Assembly (NCBI RefSeq): GCF_018350175.1
Contig: NC_058369.1
Location: 135,470,001-135,534,000, forward strand
DNA: 64,000 nucleotides
Direction of reading: 5' to 3'
DNA from: Felis catus
Taxonomy: Eukaryota
Shown here: positions 1 to 14,221 of the stretch, in pieces
Layout: every line of letters begins with the position of its first letter
Numbering within the stretch: the stretch's first letter is position 1
Program-made: the position numbers and the translations under genes
Notes under the pieces: model-generated
Database searches by the model: none
What the model was told of the DNA's origin: nothing
The model's input: the letters and a program-made list of their open reading frames with translations, nothing else

Positions 1-18
1 GAGCCACCCAGGCACCCC
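1..18 (-). mobile_element. 5' end of a CAN-SINE cut by the window edge
   Basis: gagccacccaggcacccc is the reverse complement of the SINE head. Confidence 0.8.
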
Positions 19-1576
19 TTGCCTTGTCTTTTAATATTTTAAGCTTTTAGGTTTATTTGCTCTTCTTGATTTCTCTTGTTCAGAAGAATTGTAATTTGTA
101 AAATTTCCTTTGACAAATAATTGGTTAATTTTTATTTTATTTTAAGGAAGAGGTTTATAAGGCTATAAATTTTTCTCTAAGTGGAGCTTTCTTGTCCCTT
201 AGATTTTGCTATGAAGGGTTCTTCATTCTTTTCTAGAAATTTCTGTTTTGGTTCCTTCTTGTCCAGGAGTGATCATATTTGGGCAGTCCCTAATAATTGG
301 TTCTCCGTTACGGCCTTAAATGAATTTATTTTTAATGTTATCCTGCAATATCTAATGAAAACATCAAAGATATTCAACCATGTGTTCCCAATACCTTTAC
401 CCATGTAAACTCTAATACCTTACACCCATGGATTATTAAGTAAACTTGTGATCTTTCTTTCCATTAGTATTATTTTTGTAATTACATCTTTCTTCAAGGT
501 GAAACTTCAGGGCCTATGTTAATATGTTTAAGATATGCTTATGTTCCTTCCACCGGTTCATATTGTTCTTCTGGCTCTGCGACTATGCATTTCACCAAGC
601 TAAAACAAATCTGTGTGCTGAGTCACTAGACAACTTGAAATTTAAAAGGGGAGGGGGCTGTTCTGGCTTTTGAGGGTCAAAGATGGTTAGGCTGAAGAGG
701 CAGGAATTGGCTACAAAAAAAAAATGTCCAGCAGAGGTATGGCCCTCTATCAGGAATGCTCTGGAGAGCTGCAGGAGCTCAGGGGACAGATGGCCTTCTG
801 GTGGTATCTGTATCTGCTGCAGAATGCCATCTGTAATTCTCCGGCAGGCACGAAGGGGACAGAAAGGAAGCATGTTCTCTTGCCCGCTGAGTCTCCTGTT
901 GTATCCAGCTCAAGTCGATTTCCTACTCCCTTGGGTCCTCAGCCTTGAAGCTTGTGTGTGACTAACCTTAGGAAGAAAACCTTTGGAACGGAAAACCTCA
1001 ACTGACCTTCATCAAAAGGCAAGCAAACCTCAAGTTGGCGTGTTGTTTCAGGGAAGGGGTGGGAATGGGTTACAGTGTGAGAGGGTATGGAATGAGTATA
1101 ATTTAAAAAAAAACAAAAAACTTTGTTTTAAACCACCTACTTCTGCCTCTGAGCCCCCTTACCACAAAATCTGCCTTCCAAACCTGTGTCCTGGTGCCTC
1201 TGACAGCATCATTATCCAAGCCCACAGTGTCCCTTAAGTCTGGTGGCACACACGAAGTGCAGGACCTGAGACCACACCCCACACCAGGCTCCCCACATGC
1301 ATCTCCCTGCTGCGCCTTCTGCTCCTGGGCCCACAGACCACCCCTTTATGACTCTCAGCTCCTGCACTCTCCCTCTTGGGTACCCAGGACAGTCTCTGCA
1401 GGAGGGAGCATGCCCCTCCAAACACAGCCTCTTTCAGAATGCTTCTCTGGTAGTTTTCTGTGGGCAAATAACTACAAGATCTGGACTTGAAATTACAAAA
1501 AGGGAGAATTCAGGGAGGAAATAGAAGTTAACATCTCAAAGTTATATTGCCCCTCAAATCAAAGATAACCTCCTTT

Positions 1577-2004
1577 GTGGCACATAGGTGACTCAGTCAG
1601 TTAAACATCAGACTCTTGGTTTCAGCTCAGGTCATGACCTTACGGTCGGGAGATCTGAGTTAGGCTCCATGCCTGTATGGAGCCTGTTTAGCATTCTCTC
1701 TCTCCCAGTCCCTCTGCCCCTTCTCCTGGTGCATGCACACTTATGCTCTCTCAATAGCAACAACAACAACAACAACAACAATAACAACAACAACAAAAAG
1801 GAAAAAAGGAGCACCTGGGTGGCTCAAGTCAGTTGAGCATCCAACTCTTGGTTTCAGCTCAGGTCATGATCCCATGGTCGTGGGACCAAGCCCTGCATCA
1901 AACTCCATGCTGAGGGAGGAGCCTGCTTGGGATTCTTTCTCTTTCTCCCTCTGCCCCTCTCTGATGCTCAAACACACTCTTTCTCACACATAAAAACAAA
2001 ACAG
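1577..2004 (+). mobile_element. Two head-to-tail older CAN-SINEs (about 1577-1806 and 1808-2004)
   Basis: Two SINE heads (tgactcagtcagttaaac; tggctcaagtcagttgagc), each with actcttggtttcagctcaggtcatga. agataacctc flanks the pair (1563-1572, 2005-2014). Confidence 0.9.
1758..1797 (+). repeat. (CAA)n microsatellite derived from a SINE tail
   Basis: About 13 CAA units with one TAA interruption. Confidence 0.95.
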
Positions 2005-5000
2005 AGATAACCTCATTCACATCCAGTATAAATTACATCCCTTTGTTCACTCATTCCTTGAGGCAACTGACATTTATTGAGAACCTACTGTGTGCTGGGG
2101 TTACTGTCATGTTCTCCCAATTGCACCTTGCATTGCTGCATTTTCACTCTGAAGTATTTGTACACTTAACATTATCTAGAACTAGAAGTTCTGTATTCTA
2201 TATCCTAGAGTGTAAAAGCTCAATAAATGTTGGCAGGAAGGTAGGAAAGACAGGGTGAAGGAGAGGATGATGCTAGACCAGAAGTGAGCACCATTTTATT
2301 GAAGCCCAGGGGAAAAATTTATTAAAAGTGAAATAAAATATATGTATTCCATTCTTGGAACAGCAGCTTAATGAGGAACTTTTGTGAAAACTTTGCCAAA
2401 TTATTTTATGTGGGACGTGTGATTTCTTCTTATCCCGTGTTCCTCAAGTGACCATTGTTTATATTTATTGTGTACCAGCTACCATGCCAGGTACTTGATC
2501 TGCATGACCTCCTTGAATTCTCCAAATCACTCTGTGAAGTAGGTACTAATTTCAACCCCACCATAGCAACTACCAAGTCACGGAGTTGGGTTTGAACTCC
2601 TTAGCACCTGGGCAGTGACCCCAATGCAGCATGCACATGACATGCCTCTAACTCCCTGCCTACCCTGTCTCCGTGAGCTGGACGCAGACCACTCATCAGC
2701 TGACCTTCAGTCCTCTGGAAAGTTCACTAGAGAACACTGCCTCACAAATACTCCCCAAAGATCCTGAGCAGATCTCAGAGGACAAGGCAGACTTCACATT
2801 TTTCTTCACATTCCAGCCGTATGTGTTATGATAGGAGATAGGGAACTAATATTCCTGGATTAGAGGATATAAGCATAAAAACAAGAATGCCGTGTATGGA
2901 CTTGGAATAGGAAGTAATTGTCTGTAATAAATACAGATTAGTGTTTCCCATAACGGGTTTTCAGAAATCTTAGTCCAGTAAAACGGTTTTTTGGAATATC
3001 CTGCAACCTTTACCATTCTCTTAGAAATTCACAAATTCAGAAGTCCTGAGACATCCCATAATGATGAAGTCTGCTTAACCCAGTACTTCTCCTCTCCTTT
3101 TATAAAGAATACCTACATTTACTTTGGAAAACGGTGGACAAGACTAGTCAAATCAAAAGGAGGATCCCATGAACAAGGCATGTGGTTCTTCTGACTATTT
3201 CATCCATCCTTACCAGGTAAGAGCCTGCCAGACAGAATATGAAGAGGAACCAGGCTGCGTGAAGCCATGAGGTACTGCTGTGCTCCCTAATTGGGCAGCA
3301 TGTGCTCTGCGGCCTCTCCTCAATCCCCCTTGGTACTGGCCATGAATGTTGGCCATGGCCCCCCAGGAGGGCCCTGGGGTCTTTTAACTGTCCATCGATG
3401 CCAACATGGGTGAACAAAGTAGAGGGATTAAGGTTTGGGGCAGCAGTCATAATTCAAGTATTCTATTCTCTCTTCAGTCATCCAAGAAAAACCCAGTGAC
3501 AGTACCTGAGAGAGGCTGTTAAGAGCTGTTTTTTTGGCCATGGTGACCAGTCAGTAACTATCACACTCCTGGGGGCCCCACCAAGTGGGGTTTTTCATCA
3601 ACCCTAAGGCCTATGGGCCTTATATCTAACAAATTATATTTTACTTTGTTTTTATTTTAAAGCTGGTTAGTGACAACTAAGATGGTCCCTCTGCAGTTAG
3701 AATCTGATGTCAGAGTGAGAAAATCCCCTGTTCACTGGGAACTCCCCCATCACTCATTCTGTATTAATGATATTTATTCTCCCTCGTTGTTTTATTCTTA
3801 AAAAATGGTTCCCCTGGTTGCAGTGTTATGTTAAGCATATTACATGTTACTCCAAAGTCAGTTCATATATTATAGCTCGTTACACTCCTGGGTATACATT
3901 TCTGAATAGCTCTCACTCCACAGTTACAGTTCCGCATTAAATATGGGCTGCCACGAGTAGAGCCTGAGAGAGTTGTCTGTTCATTTTTGGCTCCTTCTTT
4001 TACCCGTAAGTTTTCTTCCCTCTCTATATTAGACTCCTCAGGGAAGATGTGCCCTCCAATAAGAAAGGTCTACCTGGAGGAGGTGGAAAGTATATTTCTC
4101 TAGAGTTTTCTGGAAAGGAGGTTAGAAAACATCCTATTTAGAAAAGCAGCTATTTGTGACAGAGTGCTTGGTTCCTGCTGGGGAGGTCAGAATCAGTTTG
4201 GGCAGGGAGGGACCACAGCGATTATAGGAGGTAGGAGATGAGGGTGTCAGAATTCATCAAGACCATTGACAAAAAGCCACAACATTTTTCCTTCTGCATT
4301 AAGAATATCAAAATGAGTTTTTGTCCACCTCAGCCATTGGGTTTTTCTCTTCTATGGCTAGCATGCTCTTAAGCATCTGTTGTAGCATCATGAATAGATA
4401 GCTTCAGAGATTTCACAGGATATAATCCTTTTAGTCACTGCAGTAAAATTCACAATGATGGCCTATTTTTGTTTCAGTTTGCTTCAGGATCCAAGCACGA
4501 AATTTTAATGAGCCACCATCTCCTTTCTTTGCTTCATTCATTTATTCAAATATATATTATGCATTGCGTTCCGTCAATGAGCAAAAATTCAATGTGCTCA
4601 TGCTTGTGGCCTGTGGCAAGGGCCACAGTCTGCTGGGGAAAATGTCCTCATATGCAGTCCTTGGGCTGGGTTTCTCACATGGCACCTGATGCCAGGTAAC
4701 ACCTGCAACTCTTCCCTCTGGTGTGGCTCCTCTGAGTGTTAAACAAACAAAATTGGACAGCTAGAATATCATGCCCAGGCTTATGAAATTAGTCTTAGTG
4801 GGCCCCAAAGGCTCTCAAAATGTGAACAAGTCAAGAGCCACTTTTCTTCTATACAACTTTGCCAGTTCTGATTTCCCCACATGCCTTCTTTCAACTATCT
4901 TGGTCACTGCCCAACACAGTGTGACAAGCGCCAGGCACCTCTCTTCTTCAAGATAAGGGGGAATCTTCAGAGGAAAAGTGACTGCCATGGGGCCAGGGCA

Positions 5001-6513
5001 CGAGAGCCTCTGGAGCCCACGGCCATCTCCCTCAGCTGCAAAGATGAGGGCCTGAGACCCTTGAGAAATGAGGATCAGATTGTGTCCAAAATACATCTCA
5101 ATCTCTTGGGGCAGCCTACAGCCATATAAGGAGCTGGTCAAGAGCTATTTATCAGAAAAGTTCTCGAGGGCAAAGAGAACCTACAGGGCACTTCAATTAG
5201 CCAAGCAGTCGCTGGATCAGCTCTTATGAACCTATAGCTGTCACCAGGAAGGGTATCAGCTATTCAAATGGCACTGCAATTGCAATTTCATATGCAAGAG
5301 CTACAAAGAGCCCCCTTTTCTGTATTCAACTCCTTTGAGCATATTTGCCCATATTTTCTCAGGGTTTTGGATTCCAGAAAATGTTAGAATCTAAAAGTAG
5401 CCAAACTATAGGCAAGTAAGTATTTTAATCACCTGCTTAATCAAAGTGTCAAATGAGATTGCCCAACTATCATTGGTCACCATAGCCAAAGACATGTCTT
5501 AAAGGGATCATTCAGGTAATCTACCTGCTTTTCCTACATGATCCAAATAAGAGCAGAGAATGTGAATCATGAAAGCTGCCCCAGGTCCTAATTTCTCTGT
5601 CTTGCTCCATTGCAATTATATCTATTGACAGCTGACACTCAAGGGGCCCTATAGCATCTATAGCAAGACTCACAAGTTACATTTGAATTTCAGCAAGAAG
5701 CCTTTTATCCATGTAGACTTTCAAGATTCAAATATATATTTGCCTTTAAAAATATCTCTAGATTCTTTGGTTTGGAAATGTCTCACCAGAACTTAGAAAG
5801 CACATTGGACTTCCAAAAATTGGGAGCTCCACATATCCCACAGCAAATTTTCTTCCACAGAAAGGACTGCACCAAGCTTTGAGATATTTGTTTCAATTTT
5901 ATGTCTCCAGGAGGTTTTCTTCATCTCTCCTATGACATATCTGAATCCTAATTTGATTTTCCCTGTCGTGTATAGAAAGCTTTAAAAAAAAAAATTCTCC
6001 TTCTGTTGATACCATTATGACAGCACTCAGAACTTCATATTTTAATTTCTCTCTCTAACCTAGTAAATTACTAATTTCTTTATCTTTTTGTTCCCAATGT
6101 TTAGCATATTGTTTCCATTGTTTGTGGTCAGTAAATGCTGAGCAGAAAGAAGGAGAAGGGAGGGAGAGAGAAGTGGATAGAGTCCTAGAAGTATTTTCCT
6201 CTCAAGGTGTATCACATGAGAATTTAAGCTCTTTGGGTTCATGGCTTGGACACTGGCACTCTTTGTACAATGCAGTTTGGTAGTCGAAACTGAAATTTTT
6301 CTTTGGTTGTGTTCAGAGCCAATATACAGTAGTCACTTGAAATTTCTTTTCATGTGTGAGAGTTTAAGTTCAAGACCAGTCTACAGAAAGGTGTGAGGCT
6401 GGGACTCCTGAGAAATCCCAGATCTTCTGCTTGTTCCCCACACCTCATTCATAGCCCATATCCTACTGTAAACCACAGACTTCTGGAATGAGAAGACAGA
6501 AATAGTCTGGAAG

Positions 6514-8319
6514 GCTAACAATGAACTATTAAAAAAGAAATTAAGAAAATCTCATTTACCAAAAATAGTAAAATATTTAAGAATAAACTTAACCAAGGAG
6601 ATTAAAGACTGTGACTTCAAAATACAAATNNNNNNNNNNNNNNNNNNNNNNNNNNNNNNNNNNNNNNNNNNNNNNNNNNNNNNNNNNNNNNNNNNNNNNN
6701 NNNNNNNNNNNNNNNNNNNNNNNNNNNNNNNNNNNNNNNNNNNNNNNNNNNNNNNNNNNNNNNNNNNNNNNNNNNNNNNNNNNNNNNNNNNNNNNNNNNN
6801 NNNNNNNNNNNNNNNNNNNNAAATACCAACACGACTTTGAGAAAGAAGAACAAAGTTGGAAGCATCACACTTCCTGGTATCAAAATATATTACAAAGCCA
6901 CAGTAATTAAAACAGCACGGTATTAGAATAAAGACAGAAATATAGATCAATTAAACTGAATAAAGAGCCCAGAAATCAATGCATGCATAGTCAACTGATC
7001 TTCTACTGGGTGCCAAGAATACACAATGGAAAAAGGACAGTTTCTTCAATGAATGGTGTTGAGAAAACTGGATGTGCATATGTACAAATGAAAAAAATTG
7101 GACCCTTGTCTTAGANNNNNNNNNNNNNNNNNNNNNNNNNNNNNNNNNNNNNNNNNNNNNNNNNNNNNNNNNNNNNNNNNNNNNNNNNNNNNNNNNNNNN
7201 NNNNNNNNNNNNNNNNNNNNNNNNNNNNNNNNNNNNNNNNNNNNNNNNNNNNNNNNNNNNNNNNNNNNNNNNNNNNAAGTAGGATGATATCAAACTGAAA
7301 AGCTTCCCGTCCATAAAGGAAACAATCAACAAAGTGAACAGATAGCCTACCGACTGAGAGAAAATACTTTTATCGATTTATCCCTTTATCCAAAAAATAT
7401 AAAGAATTCACATAAGTCAACAGCAAAAAAAAATNNNNNNNNNNNNNNNNNNNNNNNNNNNNNNNNNNNNNNNNNNNNNNNNNNNNNNNNNNNNNNNNNN
7501 NNNNNNNNNNNNNNNNNNNNNNNNNNNNNNNNNNNNNNNNNNNNNNNNNNNNNNNNNNNNNNNAGACAAAAACAAAACAAAATAAAAACCCCACAGAAAT
7601 ATTATCTCATACCTGTTAGGATGGCTATTATCAAAAAAACCCAAATGATAAAAAGTGTTGGTGAGGATGTAGAGAAATCAGAACCTTGTACACTGTTAGT
7701 GGTAATGTAAAGTGCTGTAGCTACTATGGAAAACAGTATGGAGGCTCCACAAAAAATTAAAAATGGTATTACCATATGACCTAGGAATCCCACTTCTGAG
7801 TATTTATTCAAAAGAATTAAAATCAGGATCTTGGAGAGATATCTATACTCTCAGGTTCATAGTGGCCTTTTCCACAATGAACTAGAGGTGGAGACAGCCT
7901 AAATGTCTATCAACAGATGAATGGATAAAGAAAATGTGGTCTATACATGTATATAATGAAATTGTGTTCAGCCTTAAATAAGAGATAAATCTTGGTTTAT
8001 GTGACAATGTGGATGAACCTTGAGGACATTATTCTAAGTGAAGTAAACTGGTCATAGCCTGTTTCCATTATATGAGATATCTAAAACAGTCAAACTCATA
8101 GAAGCAGAAAGTAAAATGGTAGTTGTCAAGGGATAGGGAAAGGGGGAAATGGGGAGTTGCTGTTTTTAAAAGGGTATAAGTTTTCAGTTAGGCAAGATGA
8201 ATACATTCTAGAGATCTGCTATACAACATAGTGCTTATAGTTAGTAATACTGTACAGTACATCAAAAAATTTGTCGAGAGTAGATTTCATGTTATCTTTT
8301 CTTACCACAATGAAAAAAC
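6514..8319 (+). mobile_element. 5'-truncated older L1 (L1MA-like 3' end)
   Basis: Decayed ORF2 C-terminal sequence and an L1MA-type 3' UTR ending cttaccacaatgaaaaaa. Imperfect TSD atagtctggaag (6502-6513) / atagtccagaag (8320-8331). Confidence 0.88.
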
Positions 8320-8409
8320 ATAGTCCAGAAGTATTTGTGGAATGCCTCCTCTTTCCTTCTGTTCTTATCCTGACAGAGAAGTGTGAGTATTCTTCGTAGA
8401 AAAAAAAGG

Positions 8410-8588
8410 AATCCCTTTGTGGTGAGGGACTGTCCTGTGCATTATAAAATATTTAGCAACATCCCCAGCCTCTACCCACTGGATGCCTGTAGCAACCCCC
8501 ATCCCACAGTTATGATAACCAAAAATGTGTCCAGAAATTGTCATATGTCCCCTGGGGGCCAAAATCACTCCTGCTTGAGAACCATTGC
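8410..8588 (-). mobile_element. MER20 (hAT-Charlie MITE) fragment
   Basis: Minus strand caatggttctcaagcaggagtgattttggcccccaggggacatatgacaatttctggacacatttttggtt... matches the recalled MER20 consensus. Confidence 0.85.
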
Positions 8589-8830
8589 CATAGGAAGAAT
8601 CCCAACAAGCTAGAACTTTGGCACTCGACGTGCAAATGGTGAATGCCAGATGCAGTATTGGTGGTGTTGTGACCTGGAAAGTCCTTTTTTCTCAGGAATG
8701 TGGTGTTCCCCTTTGAGAAGATGAATGTCCTCCATCTGGCTTCTAGCCTAAACTGGTGGAGACATCCAAAGCACATCTTGCTTTGATGTGCTAGTTTTCT
8801 ATTTCCAACAAATAAAGGAGAAAAGTACTC

Positions 8831-9282
8831 TGTGTTAGTTTCCTAGGGCTGATGTAACAAATTANNNNNNNNNNNNNNNNNNNNNNNNNNNNNNNNNNNN
8901 NNNNNNNNNNNNNNNNNNNNNNNNNNNNNNNNNNNNNNNNNNNNNNNNNNNNNNNNNNNNNNNNNNNNNNNNNNNNNNNNNNNNNNNNNNNNNNNNNNNN
9001 NNCTGGGGAAGAGTGGCTCTGGTGTTCCTTGGCTTGTGGTTGTATCACTCGAGTCTGTACCTCCATCTTCACATGGCCTCTCCTCTGTGAGTCTCTTCCC
9101 TGTGTGTCTCTTAAAAGGACGCTTGTTATTGGATTTAGGGCCCACTCGGATAATCCAGGATGCTGTCATCTCCAGATCATTAACTTAATTGCATCTGCAA
9201 AGACCCTTTTTCCAAATAAGGTCACACGTACGGGTTCTGGGATGTGGATGCTCTCCGTAGGGCCCCCGTTCAACCCATTACA
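8831..9282 (-). mobile_element. MaLR (MLT1-type) solo LTR
   Basis: TG...CA termini, exact 5-bp TSD tactc (8826-8830, 9283-9287) and typical MLT1 motifs (ttagtttcctagggctg, ggatttagggcccac, tttccaaataaggtcaca). Confidence 0.9.
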
Positions 9283-9339
9283 TACTCTAAAGCAAAGCTG
9301 CTTTTTTAAAACACCAGTTGATTTTTTTTAATAGTTTAT

Positions 9340-10560
9340 GTTTTTTAAGCATTTGAAACAAAAATTTACGTCAAAGTTGGGAATGTAGTCCAAAAGCTTT
9401 TTTTTTTTTTTTGAGATTTAGTTGTTCTCATGATGCCCCATCACCCTCAAATACTTCAGTGTGCATTTCCTGCAAGCAAGGACATTCCTGTACTTAACCA
9501 CAATGCAACTATCAAAACAGAAAACTGACATTGACCCAGTTCATCACTCTCCACATCAACGATCCATTCAAGTTCCTCCAATTGTCCTAATACGGGTTTT
9601 TTAAAGTTTTTTAATGTTTATTTATTTTTAAGAGAGAGAGAGAAAGAGAGAGAGAGACACTGCGCAAGCAGGGGAGGGGCAAGGAGAGAGGGAGATACAG
9701 AATCTGAAGCAGGCTCCAGGCTCCAAGCTGTCAGCACAGAGCCTGACACAGGGCTCGAATTTACAAGCCATGAGATTATGACCTGAGCCGAAGTCAGACG
9801 CTCATCTGACTGAGCCACCCAGGCACCCTTGTTTTTTTCCTTTTTTTTATAGCAAACAGATCTACTTCAGATTCATACACAGCATTTAGTTGTCCCTGTA
9901 GCTTTCTTCAGTCTGCAACAGATCCTCAGACTTTCTTTGTTTCAAATCCTTAACACTTTTGAAGATTGAGGGCCAGTTATTTGGTAGAATGTCCTTCAGT
10001 TTGTCTGAAGGCTTGTCTGACATTTCCTCACGATTGGCTTTCTCAGGACTACTCCAGAGAAATGCTGTGTTCTCATTGCATCAGGAAACATGTTTTCCAT
10101 TTGTACAATTACTGGCGAGGAAGATGTCGATCACTTGATTAAGGTGTATCTGCCAGGTGACCCTTCCCCATCCCCCCACCCCTTGTAAATTAATTAATAG
10201 GTATTTTGTGGGGAGGACTTTGATAGTATGTAAAGATCCTATTATTCACCAACTTTTATTTTATTCGTGGGTTTATTTGTATCTAAAGGACTGGTGAATT
10301 CCTTTTTTATCAATAGGTTATAAACTATTATGATCACTATTTTGATGTTCAAATTGTGCCACAGTTGGCTAGAAGGAGTCCATGCAGTCTGACTGTGTCT
10401 TTTTGACATGTCCCCATCATTCTTTGGTCACTTCCTGGCTTTCTGGCACAACAAGACATTCTAAGCTTGTTTTGTACTTTCTTTGCCCCTAAAAGGAGCT
10501 CTGGGTTTCTTTTAGTGGAAAATGGAACGTGTTTTGAGAACGAATGTATTTGCTCCTGTG
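9340..10560 (-). mobile_element. Ancient L1 (L1MC-like) 3' region, interrupted by a SINE
   Basis: Motifs such as ccctcaaatacttcagtgtgcatttcct, ggccagttatttggtagaatgtcc and ttttgacatgtccccatcattct recall L1MC 3' UTRs. Boundaries approximate. Confidence 0.65.
9597..9828 (-). mobile_element. CAN-SINE
   Basis: T-rich tail, GA tract and body ending tgagccacccaggcaccc. Confidence 0.93.
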
Positions 10561-13500
10561 CATTTTCCAGAATGTTGTTGTGACAGTTTCTCACTGCTGC
10601 TTCTCTCTCATTCCTTCCACATGCCGTGGCTTTACCACCAGCGCGCCTCTCCCTCCCTCTCCTTGCTCCGCCTCCACACAGCCCATACTGCTTCTATGTT
10701 AATATTTGGAAGCACTAACTGTGGGGAGCAAGCCACACAGTGGCAGCCCCATGTCCTGAGAAAGGTTGGCCTGTTATTGGCAGACATGCTGGACAACTGA
10801 CTGGCCGTCATTGAGGAAATCTGGCTCCAGGACGTTTGGATACATGACCTCAGTGAGCTTAGACTTCTGAATATGTGTGAGTCATCCCCAAGCACCAATG
10901 GCTGACTTACCCTTTTACACTGTGAGGACAACTGACTTCTTGTTCTGCCTCCTAGTTCAGCTTTTCCCAGGACTGATTTCCTAAACTCTTTGAATTTTGA
11001 GGGCTGTTACCAGGTCTTCCATACCTGGAATCCTTTCTCCTCTGAGAAGGAAAATCTGAAAGGCCTGAGTAATCCAGCCATCCTTGCTTCTGCTCAGGGT
11101 GAGGACTTTCAGCCAGACTAGCCCATGGGGTGGGGCCCTCTGGTTATCTTAGGCTTCTGAATGGAGCCCAGGGGCAAACACAAGCTAGACTCCTACAGGG
11201 TGCTCATGCACACAGCACCCAGGCCTTCCAGTCTGTATCCCAGCTCCTGCCTCCTTGATCTGCCAAGGAAACCAAGATGTAACCCCTGCCATTTGGATAC
11301 TTTTATCACCCTCCTTGGGCTCTCTGTCCTCTGTCAACCTCCTTCTAAGTTGTTTTTGCTGTGGATTTTTAAAGTGTGACTTCCCACACTCCCTCCAAGA
11401 CTTTAATGAAGTCTTGACTTCTCTCTTGAGCTCCACATGACCAACATTTCTTTCCCTTACTCCAGCACCTCCTAAGTGGACTTGAACCCTATGTAGCTAC
11501 CTAGGAGGGGAGACCCTGACCTCTGGACAGCTAACCCAGAGACCAGCAAGAAGCCCTTGATATGCCTGGTGAGAGGGCTTACCTTCTTTCTTTCACTGAA
11601 GTAGGACAGAGAGGGAGAAACAGAGAATGGGAAGTGCAAAATCATGATGAGGAGCTGGGGCCAGCAGTCATGTTGGGCCATGTGAAATTTTAAACAAGTG
11701 AGGAAAGAGACTAAGAAAGAGGAAGAGGAAGCTGAACTACAGAGAGAAGAGAGGCCATCACGTGAATGAAAAGTGGAGAGTAAGCTACCTTGGTCTCCAA
11801 TGGCTTTCTAGAAATAACCGTGAGTTCATTCAAAGCCCAGCTGCACTTTGCTTCCTGTCCAGGGATTCTGTTAGATCTCTATATTCTAAGACTAAGCTAC
11901 CCTTGTTTGTGCTACTGTGATTTCATTTGTTTGTTGCCATAAAAAGAGCCTTTTTTGAACATTCTTGATGGCTGCATTGTCTTCAATTTCTGTCAATTGG
12001 AGACTGTTGTCCCATGCCCTGGGAAAAGGGTCACTGTTCCTCTCACCCCACAGTGCTGCCTCCCAGATGTTTCTGCAACACTTTTTAAAACAACTGCCTT
12101 TCTTTTTAGGTCCATGTCCAGCATGAGGATGTACCGTCCTCTTCGCTGTCATCCACTGATATCTAGACACTTTTCAATGTTCCCTAATAAATGTAGAAAG
12201 TTCTCTTCTCCTTCCTTCCCTTACCATTATCTTGGACAACTTCAGTGTCAACATGGATGATTCATACACTAGGTTATCCTTATATTTCCTCACCCTATCC
12301 ATTCCAAAAATAATGAAAACAATATATAAAAAATAGCACATATCCTGTAGCTTAGGAAATACTTTCCCAGTCATAACTTCATTCTGTTTTGATTTTTGAA
12401 CTAGGCTCCCAAAGCCATACCATAGACTCATCCCCTTACACATGCCTCATTTCCAAGACCTGGATGTCTTTGTTCTCCTTTAGTGAAGAAAACCTCTTGG
12501 GCTCCTATGATTTCCCCTTAGTTTCTCTCAGTGAACCACCTTTTAGGATTCATCAGACCCTCTGTCTTTACTCTTCCCTAATCTCATAAACTCCCAGCTG
12601 CCTTTGGTTTCTTCCCCACCCCACCAGCATCCCATACTTGGCCACTGAAACACTGCAGTAAGCTGGTGCCAAATTCATTCACGCCCAGCAGATCTCTATT
12701 TCCCTCACCCTGTCTGTCTTGCTTGTCCCCAACACCTGCTCTTGCTGCTCAGCCCCATATCACTCAGGCATGTCATTCTCTCCATCCTCTCTCCCTCTCC
12801 CTCTCTCTTTCTCATTTAAATGCCATTGAAAATGATTTTATTAATTCACCATTAACTGCCAATCTCTATTTTCTTCTTTGTCCCAATTCTCCTTCTACCT
12901 GAACTCCTACTCACCTTGCTCCAGTCTCCTTCAGGGTACGACCACATCCATTTTTCCTCTTTCTCTACTGTCTCTATTGTCAGATCCCCTTCCCATTGAT
13001 TTAAAAGAATGGTGAGATATTTCTACAGAAGTCAATCCTTCTTATATCTTCCATCTCCCTGAAGCTACCATCATTACCTTCTCATCCCCTTCTTTAGAGC
13101 TTATACTCAACTTCTGTCTTGGGTATCTCTTCACACATTGCTTCTTCAACCCTCCAAACTCTGTTCCAACAGAACCTGCTTTTTCAATGGAAAACAATGA
13201 CTGCCCAACTTCCTAATTCCAATTTGACCACAAAGCCCTGGGAAATCTCTTCTTTTAGCCTTCATGACACTCTTTCTCCAGATTCTCCTTGAAACTCTCT
13301 TATCCATGTTTTCCTTTGTCACTCTTTAAATGTGGGCCTCTCCCAAAGATCTCATCTTGCTTGGTCCTAGAAGGCCTTCTCTTGCTTTGCTTCCCTCCCA
13401 GAGCCATCTCATTCTCTCCCATAGCTTCACCCACATGCTGGTCACTTTCCCCACCCACTTGGACTCCACCCCATCTCTTCTGAGCTCTTGACCTACATTT

Positions 13501-14221
13501 CCAACTGCCACCAGGATATCTCACTTCAAACCTGGCATGTCTCCAACTAAATTCAATGTCTTTACCCTAAAAATCGCCCATCATGTGTAGATGGCACCAC
13601 CAACCAGACATGTACATAGAAACCTTGGAGAGTGACTTCCCATAGTGAATGAGTAGCTCATGCTGCCTGGCGGCCATGCAGTTTGTGTGCAGTCTGTAAT
13701 TCAGGCCCTAACTCCCTCCTCCTGCTCAACTGCCACCACCATCTGCCTGGTTCACCCACCTCCAAACTCCTCTCTTCTCAAGCTTAAAAACAGAGGTTTA
13801 ATCATCCTATTTCTACCTCAGAGATAGCACTGATTCCTCATTGTGTACGGGGAAATGCTCAGACTCCCGGGAAGGCATTTGAGGCCCTCTATGGTATCCC
13901 TGGCACATTTCCCACCACACCCTCAGTGCCCCTTGCTCCTGCCACATGGGCCTCCCCGCTGTTCCCTGAACCCGCTGTTCTTTATCCCATGCCTCCACTT
14001 GCTATTCCTTCTGTCAGGAAGATATTTCTCTTCTTTTTCTGCCAACCCAAATGGTCCCATCAGTCAAACCTCAGGTCAATGGTCATCTTTTCTATAAAGA
14101 TTTGATTCTCCTTGGACAGTAGCCCCTTCTATTGTCTTCCCTTGTGTGTTGCTTCTAGCACTTAGGTGACTATGCTTTGAATTTGTAACAGGTTAGTTTT
14201 ATTTCTGTCTGTGAGTTCTTT

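Noticed and set aside
1588-1993. ORFs with poly-Asn, poly-Thr or poly-Leu runs
   Set aside because: Translations of the (CAA)n SINE tail.
4771-5141. Cluster of overlapping 60-108 aa ORFs in unique DNA
   Set aside because: No recognisable protein similarity or convincing splice structure; expected by chance.
1-6500. Terminal exons of the neighbouring gene (ST7 by mammalian synteny)
   Set aside because: No ST7-like coding sequence recognised; it is probably outside the window.
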